From an uncultured Gemmatimonadales bacterium (GTDB lineage Bacteria; Gemmatimonadota; Gemmatimonadetes; Gemmatimonadales; GWC2-71-9): DNA of 64,000 nt. Where the stretch lies: the NCBI GenBank assembly GCA_963795085.1, contig CAWCFX010000004.1:713072-777071 (forward strand), read 5' to 3'. The position numbers were made by a program, and so were the translations under genes. The notes beneath the pieces are model-generated. The model worked only from the letters and a program-made list of their open reading frames with translations. It had not been told where the DNA came from and made no database searches. Positions 36,962 to 45,336 of the stretch are shown in pieces. Numbering within the stretch: position 1 is the first letter of the stretch; every line of letters starts with the position of its first letter.

Positions 36962-39589
36962 ATGCCCCCTCATCTCGATCGCCTCAAGACCCTCCTCCGG
37001 GAGCGCTACGCCATCGAGCGCGAACTCGGCAGCGGGGGGATGGCCACGGTCTATCTCGCCGAGGACCTGCGGCACCACCGCAACGTGGCGGTCAAGGTGC
37101 TCCGCCCGGAGATCGCCGCCTCCCTCGGCAGCGAGCGGTTCTTCCGGGAAATCGAGGTGGCCGCACGGCTGCAGCATCCCCACATCCTCCCCCTCCTCGA
37201 TTCCGGCGAAGGCGACGGGCTCTACTGGTTCGTCATGCCCTATGTGGCGGGGGAATCGCTGCGCGACCGGCTGACCCGGGAGGGCGAGCTGCCGGTGCAC
37301 GACGCGGTGAAGATCCTGGCCGAGGTGGTGGACGCGCTGGCCGCGGCGCACGCGGAGGGCGTGGTGCACCGGGACATCAAGCCGGACAACGTGATGCTTT
37401 CCGGCCGACATGCGCTGGTGACCGACTTCGGGGTGGCCAAGGCGGTGAGCGAGGCGACCGGCCGGCAGACGCTGACCACCGCCGGGGTGGCCCTCGGCAC
37501 CCCGTCCTACATGGCGCCGGAGCAGGCGACGGCCGATCCCCAGCTCGACCACCGGGTGGACATTTACGCCGCGGGAGTGTTGGGCTACGAAATGCTGACG
37601 GGCAGCCCGCCGTTCGTCGGGCGGAGTGCGCAGGAGATCCTGGCGGCGCAGGTAACCCAGGCGCCGATGGCGATCACGGCCCGGCGAGCCGCGGTGCCGG
37701 CGGCGCTCGAGGCGGTGCTGATGAAGTGCCTGGAGAAGCGCCCCGCCGACCGGTGGCAGCACGCGGAGGAGCTGCTGGCCCAGCTGGAGGTCCTGGCCAC
37801 GCCGAGCGCGGGGATGACCCCGGTCCAGACCCGGCCGATCCCCGCGGTGGCGGCGCCGCCCCGGCAGTTTCCCCGTTGGGCCGCGTGGCTCACGGGCGGG
37901 GCGCTGGTGGCGGGCGGCGCGCTGGCGCTCAGCCTTCGGCAGTCGCCGCCCGACCTGGTGCGGCTTGGTCAACGCACCGTGGTGGCGGCCGAGCCGGCGT
38001 TCGAGGGCTGGCCCTCGCTCTCGCCGGATGGGAAAGTCATCGCCTATGGCCGGTGGGAGGCGGGCGTCCAGGAAGTCATCGTGCAGCAGGTGGACGGCGG
38101 GGCGCCTGTCGTGGTGACCGCCCCGGTGCCGGGCGCCAACGGCTTGTCGGCCATCTCGCCCGATGGAAGCCGGATGCTCATGGTCGGCGACGATGGGCTC
38201 TACCTGATGCCCACCCTTGGGGGCCAGGCGCGGGTGGTCGCGACCGCGCCCGCCCTGTTCCCGGCCTGGTCAGCGGATGGCTCCCGGTTTGCCTTCGTCG
38301 GCGGCGGTGCGCTCGACACCCTCTACCTGCAGGCGCTGGAGGGGTCGGGCCGCACGGTGATCGCGACTGGGGCGATGATCCATTCTCCCGCCTGGTCCAC
38401 CGATGGCGAATGGGTCGCCTACGTGGAGGGGAACGTCTTTTTCCATACCAGGGGAAACACGGCGCCCAGCTCTCTCAAGCTGGTCCGCGCTTCGGGGGGC
38501 ACGCCCATCGCGCTCAGCGATTCGACTTCGCTCAACACGAGCCCGGTGTGGATCCCCGGGCGGCGGGCGCTCCTGTTCATCAGCAATCGCGAAGGGGGGC
38601 GGGACATCTACCAGCTGGAGGTGAAAGGCTCGGGGCAGCCGCAGGGCAGGGGCGTCAGGATCACCACCGGCCTCAACCCGGAACGGCTCAGCTTCTCGGC
38701 GGACGGCCGCCGGCTGGCCTGGTCGGTCCTGACCCAGACCTCGAACGTGTGGTCCATCGCCATTCCCGGCCGGGACTCGGTGCCGCTCTCCCGGGCCCGC
38801 CAGGTGACCAGCGGAACCCAGAATATCGAGAACGCAGTGGTGTCCTCCGACGGGTGGCTCTACTACGACTCGGACCGGAGCGGCAACTTCGATATCTGGC
38901 GGATTCCCCTGGCCGGCGGCCAGCCGCAGCAGCTCACCACCGATCCCGCCGATGATTTTGCGCCGGATCCCTCACCCGACGGTAAGCAGGTGGCCTTCCA
39001 CTCCACGAGAAACGGGGTCAACAACCGGGACATCTTCGTGATGCCTGTAGGGGGAGGAGCGGCGGTCCAGGTTTCGACCAGTCCGGGGGACGATCGCGGC
39101 CCCAACTGGTCGCCGGATGGCCGGTTCCTGTCCTGGGGTGATAACTACTCCGACAGCGGGGTGCTGTTGGTGGAGCAACAGCCCCGCGGCGGCTGGTCGG
39201 CCCCGAGACGGTTCCTCGGCCACGGAGGAGATTCCTGGTCAGCCGATGGGCGGTTTGTAATCTTCGATTCGCTGGGCATGCACCTCGTGGATCCGGGCGC
39301 CGGGGGGCGCAGCCTGCTGCTCTCCATGCAGGCGATAGGAGGCCGGGGCTTCTCCTACAGCGTCCTGTCCGCCGACCTGCGCACCGTGTACGCCCCGAGA
39401 GTGGACAGCACCGGCCGGTTTTCCATCGTGGCCTTTCCGGTGGGAGGGGAAACCTCCCGCACCCTGGTGTACGCCGATAACCCGCTGGCACAGCAGCACC
39501 GCTACGGGCTGGAGGTGTCCGGCGGCCGGTTCTATGTGCCGGTGTTGGAGGCGAAGCTGGACGTATGGGTGGGGGAGGTGAGGCAGTGA
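36962..39589 (+). CDS. Ser/Thr protein kinase with TM segment and TolB/PD40 beta-propellers
   Basis: LGSGGMATV, AVK, HRDIKPDN, DFG, YMAPEQ; repeated PxxSPDG blades. Confidence 0.92.
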   Translation: MPPHLDRLKTLLRERYAIERELGSGGMATVYLAEDLRHHRNVAVKVLRPEIAASLGSERFFREIEVAARLQHPHILPLLDSGEGDGLYWFVMPYVAGESLRDRLTREGELPVHDAVKILAEVVDALAAAHAEGVVHRDIKPDNVMLSGRHALVTDFGVAKAVSEATGRQTLTTAGVALGTPSYMAPEQATADPQLDHRVDIYAAGVLGYEMLTGSPPFVGRSAQEILAAQVTQAPMAITARRAAVPAALEAVLMKCLEKRPADRWQHAEELLAQLEVLATPSAGMTPVQTRPIPAVAAPPRQFPRWAAWLTGGALVAGGALALSLRQSPPDLVRLGQRTVVAAEPAFEGWPSLSPDGKVIAYGRWEAGVQEVIVQQVDGGAPVVVTAPVPGANGLSAISPDGSRMLMVGDDGLYLMPTLGGQARVVATAPALFPAWSADGSRFAFVGGGALDTLYLQALEGSGRTVIATGAMIHSPAWSTDGEWVAYVEGNVFFHTRGNTAPSSLKLVRASGGTPIALSDSTSLNTSPVWIPGRRALLFISNREGGRDIYQLEVKGSGQPQGRGVRITTGLNPERLSFSADGRRLAWSVLTQTSNVWSIAIPGRDSVPLSRARQVTSGTQNIENAVVSSDGWLYYDSDRSGNFDIWRIPLAGGQPQQLTTDPADDFAPDPSPDGKQVAFHSTRNGVNNRDIFVMPVGGGAAVQVSTSPGDDRGPNWSPDGRFLSWGDNYSDSGVLLVEQQPRGGWSAPRRFLGHGGDSWSADGRFVIFDSLGMHLVDPGAGGRSLLLSMQAIGGRGFSYSVLSADLRTVYAPRVDSTGRFSIVAFPVGGETSRTLVYADNPLAQQHRYGLEVSGGRFYVPVLEAKLDVWVGEVRQ

Positions 39590-39680
39590 GAGTGCAGAGT
39601 GCAGAGTGCAGAGTGCAGAGTGACGAGTGACGAGTGCAGAGTACAGAGTACAGAGTACAGAGTGACGAGTACTGAGTAAC
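39588..39680 (+). repeat. Heterogeneous 7-mer array HGAGTRM, about 13 units
   Basis: AGAGTGC, AGAGTGA, CGAGTGA, AGAGTAC, CGAGTAC and TGAGTAA in unbroken 7-bp register, directly after the stop codon. Confidence 0.95.
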
Positions 39681-39727
39681 TAATCCTTGTTCAAATCACC
39701 AACGTTGTTGTCCGCCTTTGCCGGTTC

Positions 39728-39838
39728 AGATCCCTAACCCCCTGACCCCCTTTCCTTGCCCCCCTGCCCTCCTGCCCCCTTGCCCCCTTCCTGTCCCACT
39801 GACCCACTGACCCACTGACCCACTGTCCCACTGTCCCT
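39728..39838 (-). repeat. Composite C-rich tract: AGATCCCTAACCCCC fragment, (TGCCCCCY)n and (TGWCCCAC)n 8-mers
   Basis: Read directly; abuts the -35 box of the ankyrin promoter. Confidence 0.85.
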
Positions 39839-39839
39839 C

Positions 39840-39868
39840 TTGACGACCCGCCACCCCGCCTGTACTCT
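39840..39868 (+). promoter_or_regulatory. Sigma70-type promoter TTGACG-N17-TACTCT
   Basis: Near-consensus -35 (39840-39845), 17-nt spacer, -10 (39863-39868). Confidence 0.65.
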
Positions 39869-39884
39869 GGTCGCAGGCGTGCAG

Positions 39885-40000
39885 GACGCCTCCCGTCCGC
39901 GGGAAGGACCGAGTCCACCTGCGTAGTGCGCAGGACGAAGAGTTCGAATCCCACGAACCTCCTTCGCCCGGGCCAGCGGACCTCGGGCGCCACAGGAGGC
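39885..40000 (+). ncRNA. Candidate structured cis-regulatory 5' leader RNA (four-way junction)
   Basis: Nested stems GTCCGC/GCGGAC, GGAC/GTCC, CCTGCG/CGCAGG, CGAAG/CTTCG plus GTTCG/CGAAC, directly before AGGAGG and the ATG. Confidence 0.55.
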
Positions 40001-40005
40001 TCGTT

Positions 40006-41304
40006 ATGCCCGTTCGTCGCCTGCCGGTTCGTCCCGATCTCACCCAGCTCAAGCACCAGGCCAAGGACCTGCTCCGCGCGTTTCGCCGCGGTGATCGCCG
40101 AGGCGGTGGCACTCTTCCGCCGAGTGGCATCCAGGCGTCATACCGGAGGGAGCGAAGCTGGCCGACGCGCAGCATGCGCTGGCGCGGTCCTACGGCGCCG
40201 CCAGTTGGACCCGGGTGGTGCAGTGCTGCCAGCTGATCGACGCCATCTGGGACGACGACCTCGACAGCGTTCGCCGCCTGGTCACGGCCCATCCCAATCT
40301 CCTCACCGAGAACGCCGGCATCGGCAACCGGAACTGGGGGCCGCCGATGAGCTACGCCGCCAATCTCGGACGCGACCGGATCATCCGGCTGCTGTACGAC
40401 CTGGGCGCGCGTGATCTCGAGACGGCGATCGACCGCGCGGTGCTCCAGAGCCGAGTGAGCACCGCCGCGATGCTGCACGAGATGCTGGGCCGGGCGACGC
40501 CGCCGGACGACGCCTTCGGCGGGCCGGCCTATACCCTGAGCGTGCCGGGCACGGAGTTTCTCTTCCGGGTGGGAGCGCGGGTCCGGTTTCCCGATGGCAG
40601 CCAGCGGGCACCGGTCGAGGCGGCGATCGGGTCCGACAGCCGGAACCCGGCGGCCAAGCGGCGGATCCTCGAGCTCTACGCCGAGCATGGGTACGAGTAC
40701 CCGGACACGCCGATCATGGCGTTTCACCGCGGGCGGTTCGACCTGCTGGAAGAGCACCTGGCCCGGGACCCCGGGCTGCTCGCACCGCCGGTTCGCGATC
40801 CACGAGATCTTCCCGCCGGAGGTGGGATGCCACCACCCACCGTACGAGTGCATGGGGACGCCGGTGGACGGCGGCACGCTGCTCCACCTGGCGGTGTACT
40901 GGGACGAGCTGGACATGGCGGAGTGGCTGCTGGAGCGCGGCGCCGACGTCAACGCGGGGACGGCCCTCGAGGTCGACGGGTTCGGGGGACACACCCCGCT
41001 CTTCAACGCGGTAGTATCCCAGGCCGCTTTCTGGATGAACTACCAGGGCGGCGGGCCCCCTCGGCCGGAGGACGCACGGTTCGCCGAGCTGCTGCTCGCG
41101 CGCGGGGCCGACCCGAACGCGCGGGCGTCCATCCGGATGCGGCTGGGCGAGGGCCATGGCGATCCCCGCATCCGGGAGTTCCGGGATGTCACCCCCCTCG
41201 ACTGGGCTCGGCGGTTGCACGACGAGACGCTGCCGGAGAGCAAGCACAGCGAGCGGCTGTTTGTGAACCAGGCGGCGGTCAAGCTACTCAGCATTGAGGA
41301 CTGA
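40006..41304 (+). CDS. Ankyrin-repeat protein with N-terminal LPxRPDLxQLKxQAKDLL domain; three +1 frameshifts
   Basis: Removing single bases near 40096, 40118 and 40783 gives one ORF of about 431 aa: KLADAQHALARSYG, GPPMSYAA, GTLLHLAV, LLERGADVN, GHTPLFNAV, LLARGADPN, VTPLDWA. Confidence 0.8.
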
Positions 41305-41321
41305 GTGCTGAGTGCCGAGAA

Positions 41322-42111
41322 GTCATTGCGAGGAGCGCGCAGCGCGACGAAGCAATCTGGCTCGGGTGAGCCGGTGAGCGGATTGCCACGTCGGCCTGCG
41401 GCCTCCTCGCAATGACTGCGCTATTTATCCGGTGCAGTCGTCTGTCGCACTGGGAGTTTCCATAGTCATTGCGAGGAGCGCGCAGCGCGACGAAGCAATC
41501 TGGCTCGGGTGAGCAGGTAAGCAGTGCCACGTCCCGGGCCTCCTCGCAGTGACTGCGCATTCATCCGGCGCAGCGTCGGCCTGCGGCCTCCTCGCCATGA
41601 TTGCCCTATGTTCCGGCGGCAGGGAGCAGGTTCTTTCGCACTGGGAGTTTCCATAGTCATTGCGAGGAGCGCGCAGCGCGACGAAGCAATCTGGCTCGGG
41701 TGGGCAGGAAGCCCGCTCCCGAGCCAGGTGAGCAGATTGCCACGTCGGCCTGCGGCCTCCTCGCAATGACTGCCCTATGTTCCGGCGGCAGGGAGCAGGT
41801 TCTTTCGCACAGGGAGATTCCATAGTCATTGCGAGGAGCGCGCAGCGCGACGAAGCAATCTGGCTCGGGTGCGAAGCCGGTGAGCAGATTGCCACGTCGG
41901 CCTGCGGCCTCCTCGCAATGACTGCCTATGTTCCCAAGCCAGGTGAGCAGATTGCCACGTCGGCCTGCGGCCTCCTCGCAATGACTACCTCGGTTCCCAA
42001 GCCAGGTGAGCAGATTGCCACGTCGGCCTGCGGCCTCCTCGCAATGACTGCCGAGGTTCCCAAGCCGGGTGAACAGATTGCCACGTCGGCCTGCGGCCTC
42101 CTCGCAATGAC
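41322..42111. repeat. Cluster of RPE/REP-like palindromic elements (GTCATTGCGAG...GCAATCT and AGATTGCC...CTCGCAATGAC arms)
   Basis: Left arms at 41322, 41465, 41656, 41825; right arms near 41381, 41735, 41887, 41949, 42013, 42076, plus two degenerate copies. Confidence 0.9.
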
Positions 42112-42197
42112 TGCCCCCCCGTCCGGCCTGGCCCCGCATTAGGATTCGAGGCCCGCGCCCGGTGCGATCCCGGATGTCTCCTTCAAGGAGGATCTCC

Positions 42198-42725
42198 ATG
42201 CCCCTTTGGCCCCCAGCGGCTGCCGCGCTCGCCGCACTCGCCCTCTCCAGCCTGGCCGCCGCGGCCGAGGCGCAGCAGCCGGACAGCACCCAGCTTCGTC
42301 CGACCACCGTGATCGTCAGAATAGCCAACGATGCGACCCCGCAGTACAACGGGGTGTATCAGGCGTCGGGGATCTCGACCAAGTGTGGCCTGGCCGACTA
42401 TGGCTATCCGCACCGGGCCCATTCGTTCGCCGTCATGTTCCCCGACGATACGGCTACCATCGCGGTGCGCTCGGTGAATTTCGACGCGGATACGCTCGCC
42501 GCGGGCACGACGGGGTCGAGCTTTAATCTCGCGGTTGGAATCCGGGTGGGCCAGACCGGCACCCCGCCCCTGTATGTCGTTCGCGCCAACCAGCCCCAGT
42601 TCAACGAGCCCGGCACGGCCACGCGCACCCGGACGACGAGCGGCATTGACTCGCTCCACGTGGTGGGCACGGCGACCAAGGGCACCAAGGTTCGGGTCGA
42701 GATGACGCTTGTGTGCCAGCCGTGA
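42198..42725 (+). CDS. Secreted hypothetical protein
   Basis: AGGAGG RBS, signal peptide ending AEA, two Cys. Confidence 0.75.
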   Translation: MPLWPPAAAALAALALSSLAAAAEAQQPDSTQLRPTTVIVRIANDATPQYNGVYQASGISTKCGLADYGYPHRAHSFAVMFPDDTATIAVRSVNFDADTLAAGTTGSSFNLAVGIRVGQTGTPPLYVVRANQPQFNEPGTATRTRTTSGIDSLHVVGTATKGTKVRVEMTLVCQP

Positions 42726-42729
42726 ACTG

Positions 42730-42812
42730 TCCTCACCCCTGACCCCTCTCCAACCTCACCCCTGACCCCTCTCAAACCTCACCCCTGGCCCCTCTCCATT
42801 TCATGGAGAGGG
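42730..42812. repeat. REP-like CCTCACCCCTGRCCCCTCTC x3 ending in hairpin CCCCTCTCCAT-TTC-ATGGAGAGGGG
   Basis: Read directly, between convergent genes. Confidence 0.8.
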
Positions 42813-42855
42813 GAATTACCGCCAGGTGCATGGAAAGAAACGGTGGTAAAGCGCC

Positions 42856-44592
42856 TCACTCCACCGCCGGCAGGATGTACTCCGGCACCAGCACTCGGCC
42901 GGGGATAAACGTCGCGGCCTGGCCGTAGTTTCCCGCGGTGAACCCGATGGCGAGGTCCAGGTCGGGGATGGCCATGAAGATCTGGCCACCGTTGCCGCCG
43001 GCGAAGAAGGCCCGGATGCTCCGGCCCTGCCAGGTGTAGGCGACCGAGTTCCAGAGCCAGCCCCAGTCCTGCCCGGGGAAGAGGGGCCGGAGCGGCAGCA
43101 CCGATTGCCGGGCCCAGTCCCGCTGGACGATCTGCCGCCCGTTCCATTTCCCTCCGTTCATCATCAGCTGCGCCAGCTTGAGAAAATCCCGGGGGCGGAA
43201 CTGGTGTCCGCCGCCGCCGTAGGCCTCGCCGGTCGGGGTGAGGAACAGGTGGTAGTCCTCCATCTGGAGCGGCCGGCCGACCAGCCGGGCGAACATCTCC
43301 GGGAGCGGCTCGCCGCTGATCTTCCGGAGCATCCCGGCGGCGAGGTTGGCCTCGCCGCTGCAGTAGACCAGCGTGTCTCCCGGCGCGGTAACCAGGGGAA
43401 CCTTCAGCATGTAACGATACCAGTCCGGCTCCTCGCTCTGCTCCTGCATCACGTCTTCGTTGCCGACCGACTCGTCGGGCCCGCAGTCGTATCCGGCGGT
43501 CATTGACACCAGGTGCTCCAGCGTCATGGCGCGCTTCCTGGGGTCCGGGTCCGGCGGCTGGGTCCCCTGCAGCGTGGCATAGACGGGGGTGTTGAGTTGG
43601 ATCTGCACGCCGTCCTGCATGGCGGCGCCGAGGAGCACGCTGGTCCAGCTCTTCGCGGCGGAACGGGTGTCGTGGGGGCGGGCGCGGTCGAAGCCGTGGA
43701 AATATTCCTCCACCACCAGCCGGCCGTGCCGGGCAATGAGCACGCTGTGGATCTGGAGCGTGGCGAGCGAGTCCATGGACATGCCGATCAGCATCCGCAC
43801 CAGGTGTTCGATGCCGGCGCGGGAGATCCCCACGTCCTCCACCGTGCCGACCGGCCACCCGTCGGCCAGTGACACCGGCGGGATGTAATGGTACGCGGCC
43901 GGTGGCCGGCCCCGGGGGTAAAACGGGCTCGCGGTGGTGTCGCCGACTCGCCGAAAATCGAGCGACATCCCGTTGAGCGGCAGCTGCAGCGCGTCCTCCT
44001 CGATGCGTCCCTCGGCCAACACCCGGGTCGTCGTGTCGCGCCGGCCGCCCGTCAGGCGGATGACCGGGCCCTCGACACCGAGGCGCTTGGCGGGGAAGAA
44101 GCGTCCCTGGTTGCGCTCCGGGTTCCGGAGGTAGGTGCTGTAGCTGCCGTCGGGCTGGCGGGTGAGGGGGAGGAACCAGGTGAAGGTGTCGTCCAGCGGG
44201 TGCACCTCGCCGGCCCAGGTCTCGTTGCCCCGGGCGGCGAGCACAACCGGCGTGGCGAAGGGCATTCCGCTGGACTGGGTGGGCGCTGCGATCCACTGGC
44301 CGGTGATGTCGGCTCCCTGCCGCCGACCGCGGAACCGGCCGAGCCCGTCGGGGAGCTCGAATGAAATGGCGGGCCCGTCCATCCGAGCGGGGACCCGGAA
44401 CCCGGCGATGTCGGCGGTCCACTCCAATCCGTTTTTGAGGAGCAGGAGCGGACCGGCGACCGGGCTGAACCGTACCTGGGCGGCCCAGAGGCCGGAGAGG
44501 TCGGGTGGAGTGGAGGGGGACTGGGCCCGGGCCGGGGATGGGAGGAGGAGGGCCAGGGCGAGGGCGGCGGCAGCGAGTCTGGGCATGGGCAT
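42856..44592 (-). CDS. Secreted serine hydrolase (beta-lactamase/AmpC-like) with N-terminal extension
   Basis: Signal peptide; SAAK, LVSMTAG, YCS, AGGNGGQ. Confidence 0.88.
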   Translation of the reverse strand: MPMPRLAAAALALALLLPSPARAQSPSTPPDLSGLWAAQVRFSPVAGPLLLLKNGLEWTADIAGFRVPARMDGPAISFELPDGLGRFRGRRQGADITGQWIAAPTQSSGMPFATPVVLAARGNETWAGEVHPLDDTFTWFLPLTRQPDGSYSTYLRNPERNQGRFFPAKRLGVEGPVIRLTGGRRDTTTRVLAEGRIEEDALQLPLNGMSLDFRRVGDTTASPFYPRGRPPAAYHYIPPVSLADGWPVGTVEDVGISRAGIEHLVRMLIGMSMDSLATLQIHSVLIARHGRLVVEEYFHGFDRARPHDTRSAAKSWTSVLLGAAMQDGVQIQLNTPVYATLQGTQPPDPDPRKRAMTLEHLVSMTAGYDCGPDESVGNEDVMQEQSEEPDWYRYMLKVPLVTAPGDTLVYCSGEANLAAGMLRKISGEPLPEMFARLVGRPLQMEDYHLFLTPTGEAYGGGGHQFRPRDFLKLAQLMMNGGKWNGRQIVQRDWARQSVLPLRPLFPGQDWGWLWNSVAYTWQGRSIRAFFAGGNGGQIFMAIPDLDLAIGFTAGNYGQAATFIPGRVLVPEYILPAVE

Positions 44593-44623
44593 CAGACCCC
44601 GGGGAAGGGGAGAGGGTTGCATG

Positions 44624-44690
44624 GGGACCCAACCCCCCGCGACCGAGCGCAGATCCCTAACCCCCTGTTACCGAGCGTAGCGCGGGCAGT
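44624..44690 (+). repeat. Degenerate copies of the GATCCCTAACCCCCTGCGACCGAGCG element
   Basis: Two partial tandem copies. Confidence 0.75.
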
Positions 44691-44814
44691 GCTGGACCCG
44701 GAGGTTCGGACCTGGCCAGTGCTGGCCGATGCCTCGCCTTCCATGCTAGCTTAGCACCGCGGCTAGCTTTGCAACGCGGCTCACCGCCGGCATCACCCCT
44801 TCCCGGTCACCCTG

Positions 44815-45336
44815 GTGCCACACAGCGACCCATCGGTGGACGAACTGTTCAGCCTCACTTACGAGGAACTGCGCCGGCTGGCCGCCACGGTCAGCCGGGG
44901 CGACCCCGCGCTGACGCTCACACCCACCGCCCTGGTCAACGAGGCGTGGCTCAAGCTCCACGGCTCTCCCCGGCTCGCGGGGCTCTCACACCTTCACTTC
45001 AAGCGGATCGCGGCCCGCGCGATGCGGCAGGTGCTGGTCGAAGCGGCCCGGCGCCGGCTGGCCGAAAAGCGGGGCGGCGGTGAAGCCATGGTGACCCTGG
45101 ACGAGGGAGTGGACGCTGCCCCCTCGACCGGCGAGGAAGTCCTGGCGCTGGAGGCCGCGCTCGAGGAGTTGGGCCGCCGGAACCCGCGCCAGGCCGCGAT
45201 GGTCGAGTACCGTTTCTACGGCGGTCTCGACGCGACCGAGATCGCGGCCCTGCTCGAGGTCTCCGAGGCGACGGTGCTGCGCGACTGGCGGGCGGCCCGC
45301 GCCTGGCTGGCCCACGAGCTTCGGATTCAACGATGA
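44815..45336 (+). CDS. ECF sigma factor, TIGR02999/Sigma70_ECF type
   Basis: YEELRRLA, TLTPTALVNEAWLKL, ARAMRQVLV..ARRR.A.KRGG, VSEATVLRDWRAARAWL. Confidence 0.9.
   Translation: MPHSDPSVDELFSLTYEELRRLAATVSRGDPALTLTPTALVNEAWLKLHGSPRLAGLSHLHFKRIAARAMRQVLVEAARRRLAEKRGGGEAMVTLDEGVDAAPSTGEEVLALEAALEELGRRNPRQAAMVEYRFYGGLDATEIAALLEVSEATVLRDWRAARAWLAHELRIQR

Noticed and set aside
36643..38955. 770-aa alternative-frame ORF over the kinase
   Set aside because: Arg/Gly/Pro-rich off-frame translation starting within a repeat
39930..39990. tRNA gene suggested by GTTCGAATCC
   Set aside because: No acceptor stem or CCA at the right distance and no D-arm or anticodon geometry; GTTCG pairs with the downstream CGAAC; treated as a leader RNA instead
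41880..42111. CRISPR-like array (repeats of about 37 bp at 63-bp spacing)
   Set aside because: The spacers are near-identical to each other, the repeat is one arm of the adjacent palindromic element, and there are no cas genes
41425..42349. ORFs encoded by the palindromic cluster (SHCEEAAGRRGNL, QIATSACGLLAMT repeats)
   Set aside because: Open frames are a property of the repeats; there is no RBS or codon bias and no host gene into which they are inserted
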